DNA of 64,000 nt from Chrysomallon squamiferum (Eukaryota > Animalia > Mollusca): the NCBI GenBank assembly GCA_012295275.1, contig CM022677.1, positions 1,922,001 to 1,986,000 of the forward strand. The letters are read 5' to 3'. The position numbers and the translations under genes are program-made. Position 1 is the stretch's first letter. Every line of letters starts with the position of its first letter. The notes under the pieces are model-generated. The model was not told the origin of the DNA. It saw nothing but the letters and a program-made list of their open reading frames with translations, and did no database searches. Shown here piece by piece: positions 1-13,040 of this stretch.

Positions 1-2644
1 TAGATAACCTGTTATTTCTTACTCTGTGTAAGCTGTTATTTCTTACTCTGTGTAAGCTGTTATTTCTTACTCTGTGTAAGCTGTTATTTCTTACTCTGTG
101 TAAGCTGCTATTTCTTACTCTGTGTAAGCTGCTATTTCTTACTCTGTGTAAGCTGTTATTTCTTACTCTGTGTAACCTGTTATTTCTTACTCTGTGTAAG
201 CTGTTATTTCTTACTCTGTGTAAGCTGTTATTTCTTACTCTGTGTAAGCTGTTATTTCTTACTCTTTAGATAACCTGTTATTTCTAACTCTGTGTAACCT
301 GTTATTTCTTACTCTGTGTAAGCTGTTGTTTCTTACTCTGTGTAAGCTGTTATTTCTTACTCTGTGTAAGCTGTTATTTCTTACTCTGTGTAAGCTGCTA
401 TTTCTTACTCTGTGTAAGCTGCTATTTCTTACTCTGTGTAAGCTGTTATTTCTTACTCTGTGTAAGCTGTTATTTCTAACTCTGTGTAAGCTGTTATTTC
501 TTACTCTGTGTAAGCTGTTATTTCTAACTCTGTGTAAGCTGTTATTTCTAACTGTGTAAGCTGTTATTTCTTACTCTGTGTAAGCTGTTATTTCTAACTC
601 TGTGTAAGCTGTTATTTCTTACTCTGTGTAAGCTGTTATTTCTAACTCTGTGTAAGCTGTTGTTTCTTACTCTGTGTAAGCTGTTATTTCTAACTCTGTG
701 TAAGCTGTTGTTTCTTACTCTGTGTAAGCTGTTATTTCTTACTCTGTGTAAGCTGTTGTTTCTAACTCTGTGTAAGCTGTTATTTCTTACTCTGTGTAAG
801 CTGTTGTTTCTTACTCTGTGTAAGCTGTTATTTCTTACTCTGTGTAAGCTGTTGTTTCTAACTCTGTGTAAGCTGTTATTTTTACTCTGTAAGCTGTTAT
901 TTCTTACTCTGTGTAAGCTGTTATTTCTTACTCTGTGTAACCTGTTATTTCTTACTCTGTGTAAGCTGTTATTTCTTACTCTGTGTAAGCTGCTATTTCT
1001 TACTCTGTGTAAGCTGCTATTTCTTACTCTGTGTAAGCTGTTATTTCTTACTCTGTGTAAGCTGTTATTTCTTACTCTGTGTAACCTGTTATTTCTTACT
1101 CTGTGTAAGCTGCTATTTTTTACCTGTGTAAGCTGTTATTTCTTACTCTGTGTAAGCTGCTATTTCTTACTCTGTGTAAGCTGTTATTTCTTACTCTGTG
1201 TAAGCTGTTATTTCTTACTCTGTGTAAGCTGTTATTTCTTACTCTGTGTAAGCTGTTATTTCTTTCTCTGTGTAAGCTGTTATTTCTTACTCTGTGTAAG
1301 CTGTTATTTCTTACTCTTTAGATAACCTGTTATTTCTTACTCTGTGTAAGCTGTTATTTCTTTCTCTGTGTAACCTGTTATTTCTTACTCTGTGTAAGCT
1401 GTTATTTCTTACTCTTTAGATAACCTGTTATTTCTTACTCTGTGTAAGCTGTTATTTCTTACTCTGTGTAAGCTGTTATTTCTTACTCTGTGTAAGCTGT
1501 TATTTCTTACTCTGTGTAAGCTGTTATTTCTAACTCTGTGTAAGCTGTTATTTCTTACTCTTTGTAAGCTGTTATTTCTTACTCTGTGTAAGCTGTTATT
1601 TCTTACTCTTTGTAAGCTGTTATTTCTTACTCTGTGTAAGCTGTTATTTCTGTTATTTACTCTGTGTAAGCTGTTATTTCTTACTCTGTGTAAGCTGTTA
1701 TTTCTTACTCTTTGTAAGCTGTTATTTCTTACCTGTGTGTTATTTCTGTTATTTCTTACTCTTTGTAAGCTGTTATTTTTACTCTGTGTAAGCTGTTATT
1801 TCTTACTCTGTGTAAGCTGTTATTTCTTACTCTGTGTAAGCTGTTATTTCTTACTCTGTGTAAGCTGTTATTTCTTTCTCTGTGTAAGCTGTTATTTCTT
1901 ACTCTGTGTAAGCTGTTATTTTTACTCTGTGTAAGCTGTTATTTCTTACTCTGTGTAAGCTGTTATTTTACTCTGTGTAAGCTGTTATTTCTAACCTGTG
2001 TAAGCTGTTATTTCTTACCTGTGTAACCTGTTATTTTTACTCTGTGTAAGCTGTTATTTCTTACTCTGTGTAACCTGTTATTTTTTACCTGTGTAAGCTG
2101 TTATTTTTACTCTGTGTAACCTGTTATTTTTACTGTGTGTAAGCTGTTATTTCTTACTCTGTGTAAGCTGTTATTTCTTACTCTGTGTAAGCTGTTATTT
2201 CTAACTCTGTGTAAGCTGTTATTTCTTACTCTGTGTAAGCTGTTATTTCTTACTCTGTGTAAGCTGTTATTTCTTACTCTGTGTAAGCTGTTATTTCTTA
2301 CTCTGTGTAAGCTGTTATTTCTTACTCTGTGTAACCTGTTATTTCTTACTCTGTGTAACCTGTTATTTCTTACTCTGTGTAACCTGTTATTTCTTACTCT
2401 GTGTAAGCTGTTATTTCTTACTCTGTGTAAGCTGTTATTTTTACCTGTAAGCTGTTATTTTTACTCTGTGTAAGCTGTTATTTCTTACTCTGTGTAAGCT
2501 GTTATTTCTTAGTCTGTGTAAGCTGTTATTTCTTACTCTGTGTAAGCTGTTATTTCTTAGTCTGTGTAAGCTGCTATTTCTTACTCTGTGTAACCTGTTA
2601 TTTCTTACTGTGTGTAAGCTGTTATTTCTTACTCTGTGTAAGCT
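1..2644 (+). repeat. 24-bp tandem satellite (TGTGTAAGCTGTTATTTCTTACTC)n, about 110 copies, runs off the window start
   Basis: Unit read directly; ORFs translate as (LFLTLCKL)n; occasional CTTTAGATAACCTG variant units; reverse complement of the array at 26324-27469. Confidence 0.97.
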
Positions 2645-2654
2645 TTCGTTATTC

Positions 2655-2854
2655 NNNNNNNNNNNNNNNNNNNNNNNNNNNNNNNNNNNNNNNNNNNNNN
2701 NNNNNNNNNNNNNNNNNNNNNNNNNNNNNNNNNNNNNNNNNNNNNNNNNNNNNNNNNNNNNNNNNNNNNNNNNNNNNNNNNNNNNNNNNNNNNNNNNNNN
2801 NNNNNNNNNNNNNNNNNNNNNNNNNNNNNNNNNNNNNNNNNNNNNNNNNNNNNN
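2655..2854. other. Scaffold gap (200 N)
   Basis: Run of 200 N. Confidence 0.99.
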
Positions 2855-3250
2855 AGGAAGTTTGCCAGTACAAACTTTGCTTCACAGACCAATTAGAAAG
2901 GGTTCCAGCCAGAAGAGTTGTAATTGCATTTTGCCAAACTGAGTAAAACACAAACAAAGTTTCACTTCTCCAGTGATGATCTGACACTGACCTTGTATTT
3001 TGAAATTTAACATTTCTAACTTGTTAAACAACTCATGTCATAAGATTATTTCCAGATTGTTTATTCTTTTTTCAAAAAACAAATTTCTTTTTGTGCAATG
3101 GCAGTCATAAAGTGTATAAATGTTTGTGGAAATATTTTAAAATAAATTACTTTTTTTATGCTCATTCTTTCTGTTGGAAAAAATATACCTATTACTCAAA
3201 GTTTGAATTTCTATTTTATCTGATAAGTGATTTTTTAAAATACTATTTAC

Positions 3251-5330
3251 TTGGAAGACTGCTGCCAGAAGAAAGGTTTATTGGTAGAAACTTCTTGTAG
3301 CTGCTGGATGGTTTCTGTCATTGTGGCACTGAATAACAAAGTCTGACGTTTTGTCGGGATCACTTTAAAAATTTCTTCCAGTTGAGAACCAAAATTGTCT
3401 TCCAACAAACGATCAGCTTCATCCAAAACCTGAATTAAAATTTGTAATTTTTGACAAATCTGGACTGAAATCTAAATTAGATTTTAAAAGCACACTATAC
3501 TGTAATGTACATGAGCTGATATATGTGTGTTTGTTTACTTACCTGCAACATTCAGAGATAATTACATAACCTGTTATTATACACACAAATTATATTCATC
3601 AAATCAGTTTGGACTAAATGATATTTCTGATGTTAAACAATACCACAAAAAATATATAATCACTAAGAAACATAAAAATAAAACATTGAAAATTATGCTT
3701 AAAATTTTTAGTTTTTCTATTTATGTATCTACAGGTACTAAAACTTAAACAAATTTCCTAACTGAAGGGAACAATAACAACATACAAAACTAAAAAGTAC
3801 TAAAGAAAAAGAAAAACATAAATAATAAGAAACATTTTCTTTTTTAAGCTAATTTTTTCCTCACTAGAAATTTGATTCTTTTCAGACTGAATGTGTTGCA
3901 GCTGCCGATGTGGTCAGCCAGTCTGCCAGGTGTTGAGATGACGATGTGCGGCTTCACTGACAGATCAATGCCTTGCTTCACAATGTCTGCAAACACATCA
4001 AACACTCTCTGAATTTTACATTCTGTCAAAACCTTTTCATTAATTCTATTTTCATAAAACACTAAAACAACTACATTGTCCCATTAGGAAAAAACAATAT
4101 GCAGTTTCCAGTATATCTGTAGCAATACATTTATTGTGGTCTTTGATAATTACAGGAGCACAGGCCAGAACTAGAAATTCCAATCTTGTCTTTTTGTTTT
4201 GAAACTTTCATAGCAGTGAATAATATATATCTCCATTAACTAATTGATCAAATGTTTCTTTAAAAATTGACTAACTGATTAGAAGGCATAGGTAAACTGT
4301 ATTTTAAAAAATATAACATGTTTATGCTTCCAGAACCTCCTACAGCAATGATATTGATGGAATTCACTGTATTGCAGAGTTATCTACCTTGCAACAACAG
4401 ACAAATGAAAACCTGTTGTTTGTTTTTTTAAACTGTACCCTACTGGTGTCCAAACTTTTATTTTTATAATACTATTTTTATACATTTTTCATTTACAAAT
4501 TAAATTTTGTATGATAATACAAATTAGCATAACTGAGCAAGGAAGACCGAATACTTTAAATATAAATATGTGGCAATATACAGAATCTAACACAAGTTTC
4601 TTCTGAAATGACTTAATTATTTTGTGACTGTATCTGGAAGTATATGTGTGTAATATGTAAGTTTTAACTGAAAACTCTGACACTCACCTAGACCACCAGT
4701 GATGACTGTAACTCTTACACCAATCGGCTTTCCCAGAACACTGAACTGTTCAGCAATCTGGAACGCAAGCTCCCTGAATACAATTAAACATTATAATAAC
4801 TACAACAACAGTAATAGTACTAGTTTAATAATAATTTTAATTATTTCACTAAACACAATCAAAATAAATGAAATATCAACATTCTGCATAAATGAACATT
4901 AGAAAACAAAAAAGAATCTACTGTCATCTTCACAAGTACAAAAATGTGAGAAAATATTTAAAGTATTAATGAATATATAGACCTGTATATTGAAAAGCAA
5001 AAGGGTTTCATTAAAAAAAATTAGAGTTCAAATGACTGAATTACATGTCAGTATTTTCATGCAAATTTGCAACAGAAAATTATAAATGTGTGGATTTATT
5101 TACTGGAAGAATTTTTTTGAACTGATATAAATAACATTTATCTGACAACAAAATATCTCAACTAAAATAAGAATGTATGTAATTTATTAAAATAGAAAAT
5201 TCACACCTGGTTGGTGTCAGAACAAGAGCGAAAATTCCGTACGGATCCTCTGCAAGTTTCTGTAACATGGGCAGAGCAAACGCTGCAGTTTTTCCACTTC
5301 CAGTTTTATCACATCCAATACAGTCATCAC
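3251..5330 (-). CDS. DDX49: DEAD-box RNA helicase DDX49/Dbp8, partial; exons 5207-5330, 4688-4773, 3865-3986, 3251-3429
   Basis: GT-AG exons splice in frame to [60 protein letters not shown]...[16 protein letters not shown]...VLDEADRLL...[11 protein letters not shown]...NKPFFW (motifs I, Ia, Ib, II DEAD, III SAT). EDPYGIF and NKPFFW are DDX49-typical. Exon 1 and the 3' exons were not found. Confidence 0.9.
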
Positions 5331-6116
5331 CTGAATAACAGTGTTTGTTTTATGTTAGTTAAATATCTACACAGCACTGAAATCAGATTTAATATAAAAT
5401 TTAAATATGAAATTATTTGATTAGTTGTTATGCATTTTTAAAATACAATACATATAATACTTATTATCACTGTTAAAATTATATACTATTTTGTTTCAAT
5501 ATTTTACTTAAGTATATGTGGAAAAATAATAATAACAATAATGTTTGTACAAAAATGAAAAGTAAATAGTTAATTCAGTTTTAACGTGCATTCTGCTTAT
5601 GTACAAACTAGAATACACTCAAGAGAACAGACTGTCACTTTTAAATACTAAAGTACTTACACAACTATCTGATTTGAATTCTAAAAATAGTAATACAAAT
5701 TCTGACAATGGTGAAAACAACTTCAGCTTTGATGTAAAGCTCAAGTTCTGAAGTTACACACAAAAGTCAAACTGTTCTGTTCATATATAAATGACATTAT
5801 TACTATTATTATTATTATACACCGAGACAGCATCGTAACAGACATAACTCCATGGCAAAACAGCTGTGGGTTGGAGTTAAATAATTATATATATTATATA
5901 CTAGTATTAGTATCATTATCATCATTCATTCTTTGTGAATTAGTTATAGTATAGACTACTAGTACTATATAGCAAAAGCAGCTGTGAAAGCTCTGAACTA
6001 TACACATAATACAGTACTCTATACTAGTATACTGTATTATGTATAAACTAAAATGTCAGTATCATATAATTCATTTTCATTACAAGTATACAATACATTC
6101 GGACATAACGATATAA

Positions 6117-6119
<3 letters not shown>

Positions 6120-6153
<34 letters not shown>

Positions 6154-6540
6154 TAATAATTAAAAAAATAAAATAAAGAAATAAAGAAATAAAAATAAAC
6201 GCCGGCAGTATTGGCTCGCTGACAATTTCACCTTAAACAGTGCACTCACACAAAGAAAAAAACAACAACAAACAAAAAAAAACAAAAAAAAAAGATAAAA
6301 ACATGAGGAAAAAAAAAAAAAAAAAAAAAATAAAAAAAAAAAAAAAAAAAAAAATCAAAAAAAAAAAAAAAAAAAATAATAAAAGAAAAGAAAAGAAAAA
6401 TAAAGAAATAAAAAAAGAAAAATAAAGCGCTGGCAGTATTCGATCTTGTTGTTCATGTTCATTTACTCAAAGAAAGAAAGAAAGAAAGAAAGAAAGCGCA
6501 ATGCGTGTGTGTGACTGTGCATCTACGGTACTGTACTATC

Positions 6541-6592
<52 letters not shown>

Positions 6593-7121
6593 TAATAATA
6601 ATAACTAGTAGTAGTAGCAGCAGTAGTAGTAGTAGTAGTAGTAGTAGCAGTAGCGGTAATGATAATTATAGAAAGGTTTCGTACTTATCCTGTGTTCACG
6701 AGTCATTTTGCACGAAATTAGCATTATTGCTGTTGTTGTTGTTGGTGGTGGTGGTGGTGGTGGTGGTGCTGCTGCTGCTGTTGCAGTTGTTGTTGTTGTT
6801 GTTAACAGCATTTCGTCCTTCGTGGTGATGCACTGTAAAGTGTCACTGTCAATATTTTTTTTTTTTTTTTTTTTTCTTAATTTTTGTTGTAGTGTTTAAG
6901 GCGAAATTGACATCGGTAGCAAGTACCGAGACCCAGTTTTCTAACGTTCGTCTCACCGTTGCCATGGGAACCGATCTCGGCTCAGCTCCGTTCGGCTACA
7001 CTCGGGTAGGGTCGGATCGGGTCAGGTCGGGTCAGGTCGACTGCACTCCACTCGGCGGACGAGAGAAAAGGAAAAAAGCCGTCCACTGCCTATTATTATT
7101 ACTGTTGTTGTTGTTGTTTTA

Positions 7122-7168
<47 letters not shown>

Positions 7169-8101
7169 CCTCTTAAGTTCATTAGTCACTATTTTGGATA
7201 AAGGATGAAAATTCTGTGAATAAGCAATGTGAGAATTCAGCTCAAAGAAAAAGATTTTTACTTATAAAAGTTGAACTTAATAAAAACGTAGCTGATGCTC
7301 TATAATGGACCCAGTGTAATTTATACATTCCAGGTTTACTGGTACCAGCCTTTCCTAGTAATAAAGTATAACAATATTTTCAAAAGTGGGTCTCGGAACT
7401 CACTACCGATGTCAATATCACCTTAAAGACTGCAGAAAAAAAAAAAAAATAAAAAAATAAACAATAAATAAATAAAGAAAGAAAGAAAGAAATATTAAGA
7501 AAAAAAAATAATTTGAAAAAAAAAATAAATATGACGAGAGAAAAGGAAAAAAGCCGCCGGGTTTCATCCGTCCACTGTCAATTATTATTGTTGTTGTTGT
7601 TGTTGTTGTTATTGTTGTTGCTGCTGTTGTTTTTATTATCATTATCATCATCATCATTATGATTATTATTATTGTTATTATTATTATTATTATTATTATT
7701 CTCATCCTTATTATTATTATTAATAGTTTTTGTTTGTTAGTTTGTATGTTTGTTTGTTTGTTTGTTTGTTTGTTTATTTATTTATTTACTTACTTATTTT
7801 CTAAATGACTAAAAAAATAAATAAAATAAATGAAAAGGAAACATTGAAATTGAAATGCATTAATAATCGCGCCGTCGTGATGTGCCAATTCAGTTTTACA
7901 TTGGAAGACACGCACGCGCACGCACACACACACACACATACAATACAATACAATACAATACATACATACATACTTACGCACGCACGCACGCAGACACGGT
8001 CGCACAAACATAAACACACGGTTCCCATGGCACCGCTGAGATGAATGTTTGAAAACTGGGTCCCGGCGCTCGCTACCGTTGACAATTTCACCTTAAGCAG
8101 T

Positions 8102-8132
<31 letters not shown>

Positions 8133-8372
8133 GAAAATAAAACACATACAAAAAGAAAAAAGAATAAATAAACAAACAAACAAAGAAATAAATAAATGAA
8201 TATATAAATAAATAAATAAATAAATAAAATAAAATAAAATAAATAAAAAATAAAAGGAAAACATGAGAAAAAGAAATAGAAAAAAAAAATAATAAAAAAA
8301 AAAAAAATAATAATAATAATAAATAAATTAAATAAGTAAATAAGTAAATGAATGTATAAATAAAAAAATAAA

Positions 8373-8421
<49 letters not shown>

Positions 8422-9746
8422 TGGAATTGAAAATACATTAATTATCGCGCCGTCGTGATCTCGCAATTCAGTTTTACGTTGGAAGATACCTTTTTCAAAC
8501 TGGCACGTGCACACACGCACACACACACACACACACACAGGCGCGAGCTGAAACAACATACGTACACACACAATCAGACAGTGTGCACTGCTTAAGGTGA
8601 AATTGTCAACGGTAGCGAGCACCGGGACCCAGTTTTCAAACATTCATCTCAGCGCTGCCATGGGAACCGTGTGTTTATGTTTGTGCGACCGTGTCTGCGT
8701 GCGTGCGTGCGTAAGTATGTATGTATGTATTGTATTGTATTGTACGTGTGTGTGTGCGTGCGTGCGTGCGTGCGTGCGTCGGTTTGAAAAAGGTGTCTTC
8801 CAATGAAAAACTGAATTTCAATATTTCCTTTTTATTTATTTTATTTTTTTTAGTCATTTAGAAAATAAGTAAGTAAGTAAATAAATAAATAAACAAACAA
8901 ACAAACAAACAAACCAACATACAAACTAACAAACAAACAAAAACTATTAATAATAATAATAATAAGGATGAGAATGATAATAGCAGCAACAATAATAATA
9001 ATAACAACAACAACAATAATAATAATAATAATAACAACAACAACAATAATAATTGACAGTGGACGGATGAAACCCGGCGGCTTTTTTCCTTTTCTCTCGT
9101 CATATTTTTATTTATTTATTTATTTTTTTATTTTTTTTTTCAAATTATTTGTTTTCTTAATATTTAGTTTTTTTCTTTCTTTTTTTCTTTCTTTATTTTT
9201 TATTTTATTTTATTTTATTTTTTTACCGCTACTGTCTACTACTACTACTACTCGCAAAATGACTCGTGAACACAGGATAGGTACGAAACCTTTCTATTAT
9301 TATCACTACCGCTACTGCTACTGCTACTACTACTACTACTAATACTACTAATACTACTGCTACTACTACTACTACTACTGCTACTGCTACCACTACTACT
9401 ACTACTACTAATACTACTACTACTAGTACTACTGCTGCTGCTGCTACTGCTACCACTACTACTACTACTGCTACTGCTACTACTACTACTAGTACTGCTA
9501 CTACTGCTACTACTGCTACTACTGCTACTGCTACTACTTCTACTACTTGCTGCTACTACTACTACTACTACTACTGCTACTACTACTACTACTTACTGCT
9601 ACTACTACTACTACTACTACTTTCACTACTACTACTACCACTTCTACCACTACTACTGCTACTACTACTACTTTACTATACTACTACTACTACTACTGCT
9701 ACTACCACTGCTACTACTACTACTACCACTGCTACTACTACTTCTG

Positions 9747-9780
<34 letters not shown>

Positions 9781-9812
9781 CTGCTGCTGCTTTGCTGCTA
9801 CTACTACTGCTA

Positions 9813-9865
<53 letters not shown>

Positions 9866-9940
9866 GCACTACTGCTGCTGCTACTACTACTACTACTACC
9901 GCTGCTACTACTACTGCTACTACTACTACTAGTACTGCTA

Positions 9941-9972
<32 letters not shown>

Positions 9973-10295
9973 GCTACTACTACTACTACTGCTGCTACTA
10001 CTACTGCACTACTACTACTACTACTACTGCTGCTACTACTACTACTACTACTGCTACTACTACTACTACTACTACTACTGCTACTACTACTACTACTACT
10101 GCTGCTGCTACTACTACTACTACTACTGCTACTACTACTGCTACTACTACTACTAGTACTGCTACTACTACTACTACTACTACTACTACACTGCTACTAC
10201 TACTACTACTACTGCTACTACTACTGCTACTACTACTACTAGTACTGCTACTACTACTACTACTACTACTGCTACTACTACTGCTACTACTACTA
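6120..10295. repeat. Modular inverted-repeat (foldback-like) structure of CpG-containing blocks separated by microsatellites
   Basis: Arms ~7430-8107 and ~8575-9230 are reverse complements; 6671-6711 is the reverse complement of 9254-9294; one block recurs at ~6200-6247, 6888-6973, 7378-7435, 8017-8107 and 8581-8670 in mixed orientation. Confidence 0.8.
9310..10295 (+). repeat. Imperfect (CTA/CTG)n microsatellite, about 1 kb
   Basis: Direct reading. Confidence 0.95.
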
Positions 10296-10541
10296 GTTTA
10301 TTTTTTAACTTTGATTTAGCCTGAAACAGAGAAATATATGTGGTGAAAAGATACACAAGAATCAAGAAAAACATTTAGTTACAGATAAGTTGTTAAAAAA
10401 TAAGAAAAGAAAGAAATAATGATATATTCAAGAATAATAAATACCAAATAATAATAACAACAACAATAATAATAATAATAAATTTTAATTTTCGGTGATT
10501 AACTCTGAATTTTTTAAAACGTGAGCAATAACAGATTAGAA

Positions 10542-10758
10542 TATTACTGTAAAAACATACATGTATATAAAATTTCTTCACAGACTGAGTCAATAGTGTA
10601 TTACTGTAAAAACATACATGTATATAAAATTTCTTCACAGACTGAGTCAATAGTGTATTACTGTAAAAACATACATGTATATAAAATTTCTTTATAGACT
10701 GAGTCAACAGAGTATTACTGTAAAAACATACAAGTATATAAAATTTCCTCACAGACTG
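10542..10758 (+). repeat. 57-bp minisatellite, about 3.8 copies (about 3 copies at 30412-30578)
   Basis: TATTACTGTAAAAACATACATGTATATAAAATTTCTTCACAGACTGAGTCAATAGTG starts at 10542, 10599, 10656 and 10713. Confidence 0.92.
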
Positions 10759-11569
10759 ATACTACTACTGCTACTACTACTATTACTACTATAATATTAA
10801 TAATAATAATAAAACAATAATAATAATAATAATGAGAACAGGCACTTGCATAATTCTAATATTAATCATGATATAATAGTAGTACTTTCTGTTTACAGTA
10901 TAAGTAAGAATAAAATAATAACAAGAAAGTGTAGTTAAACTTTTAAAATAATAACAACAAGAAATTGAAAAAATAAAATTATAAATTATCAAAAATGATT
11001 TTAAATATTTTAACAGAATATTGAAAGAATGAAAAAGCAATATTTAAACATTAAAAAGCCAATAATTAGAAGAATGACTTAAACATTAAAGAACCTATGA
11101 TCAGTCTTTAAAAGACTGAGTCCACAACAGACATTCATGTCAATACAACTGAGACATTATCAAAATAAATCTATCATATATCTTATTAATAACTAGTATA
11201 CAGTACTTACTAATTATGATGAACACAGCTTCACTCAGTTTTTATTTTCATCACATATTTTGTAATATAAAAATATTTCAAAATAAAAACAAAACATAAG
11301 AGATCAGATGAAGAAAATGCTCTAATTAAATCATTCATCTCAAGCTTTCCAACTGAAGACAACTCTTACACACAAGACTCTTAGAAGAAAACATCAGGTG
11401 ACACCTAAAGAAGGAGACAACCTGTTTGGGAAATGCATATCGGTGTTTTCTCGGGTTTTAATCACTTGTGCATTTACTGTAACAACAATGTTTTGTTTGT
11501 AACTATTCTGTTATGAAGCTTCAGTGACTAACATTTAAACTTGAGCTGTTTATCTATCAGATGTTGTCT

Positions 11570-11940
11570 AAAAGTGGCGAGTTGTTATAACAATTCAGCC
11601 AAGTGGGCGGAGCTACCGATTGCAGCGTCATCTAAAAATAGACGCAGGCTGGAATATATACAGGTGCTATTTGATTTAGTATTATTAGTTGTGGGATTGC
11701 TAAGAAAAGAAGAGTTTTGAATTAATACGCTTCAGTATTAGTGGTTTAGTAAATCGTTGATGGTTAGTAGAATAACATTATTATATTTATACGTATTTGA
11801 AAAGTCCGAATGTCACCGGTCAAATCTAATATTTTGATTGGACAGTTATTTTTGTACAGGGTTTTCCCCGTTTGCACTGGAAATGATGTAATGTTGTGAT
11901 CTATCGATCCATGTATCGAGCGTCGAATTACTCGGTTTAA
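11570..11940. promoter_or_regulatory. Possible promoter-like segment (GC box, CCAAT box, locally CpG-rich); duplicate at ~34880-35250
   Basis: GTGGGCGGAGC at ~11603, GATTGG at ~11836, several CpGs in AT-rich background; no associated exon identified. Confidence 0.25.
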
Positions 11941-12063
11941 AAATTAAAACGTATTTCCTAAGTGAACAATAAAATAAAACAATGATAACATACTTTAAAG
12001 TAAAATTTTAATAAGTGGTCTTAATATTTAAACATTAAAGTGAACATTATAAAGAAAACCATA

Positions 12064-12132
<69 letters not shown>

Positions 12133-12639
12133 AAGAAGAAGAAGAATAACAACAATAATATTAATGCATAAATAAATAAAATTAGGGTGTTAGCAACATT
12201 TGTTTAATATCCGTCATTATATGTAAATAAAAAAAAATCACACACACACACACACACACACACAGAGAGATACAAACAAAAAAACAAAAACACCGACAAA
12301 CTTACACTTCATTTCAATAACCATTTTACCACAGTTAAAACAAAGTTTTTTTATATTTTTAAGACCTGAACAAACCAAGAAAACGTCATGTCAAGTAAAT
12401 TTCTAACAGAATCTTTGTAGTCTTCTTAGTTTTTACATAAATACTACATTTAGCTGATTTTATCTTTATTTATAAAATTGGTTGTTTTAATTTCAGTTTT
12501 TTTTTTCTTTTTTTTTTTTTTTTTTCAAAGAAACAATATTTTACTCAAATGTTTTTTAAAATTTTTGTCACATAAAGACAACATTAGAAGAAATAATTGT
12601 TTTCACCTGCAACTTAACTTGAACCAATATAAACATTTT

Positions 12640-12745
12640 GCTTCACGGGCTACTCTTTCCAGTTAGCAGCAAAGAATCATTGATATGAACCATCCCACAG
12701 ACAGGAGAGTACGTAACATGGTCATTATTATACCAGCTGTGAAGA
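12640..12745. mobile_element. Interspersed SINE-like repeat remnant; related copies ~17655-17860, ~36560-36670, ~41340-41550
   Basis: GGGCTACTCTTTCCAGTTAGCAGCAA...CCATCCCACAGACAGGA resembles 17775-17820 and, from memory only, an abundant gastropod repeat; family unverified. Confidence 0.4.
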
Positions 12746-12993
12746 CTACCAAGTCCAGCTCACTTGTAAATAGAAAACTAATTCATTGAATATACGTCCA
12801 CAACAGCTAACTCTTGTGCACTTCATAATAAGCTGTACAGGAGTTATCTCCCTTCCGTTAACTCGTTCATAGATTCCATTGCTATTAACTGATGGAAAAT
12901 TTATATTTACGATACTATCCTCTGAACTAATCCTTTCATTTATACTTTTAGTGGGTTTTTAAAAAAAAAGAAAACAATTCCTTCATTTTAATG

Positions 12994-13040
<47 letters not shown>

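Noticed and set aside
326-2473. Long ORFs of (LFLTLCKL)n and (CVSCYFLL)n
   Set aside because: Translations of the 24-bp satellite with frequent frameshifts; not host genes.
2641-2654. Contig end AGCTTTCGTTATTC as a second adapter remnant
   Set aside because: Too short and too poorly matching to call.
2965-2995. GTGATGA...CTGA resembling snoRNA C/D boxes
   Set aside because: Boxes are too close together and on the strand opposite to the DDX49 intron.
6896-8600. TTAA-GG ends as Kolobok-type termini with TTAA TSD
   Set aside because: Inverted similarity continues past the TTAA (GCACTGCTTAAGG / CCTTAAGCAGTGC), so TTAA is internal to the block; kept only as a possibility.
9229-10374. Poly-L/T/Y and poly-V ORFs
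   Set aside because: Translations of the (CTA)n microsatellite.
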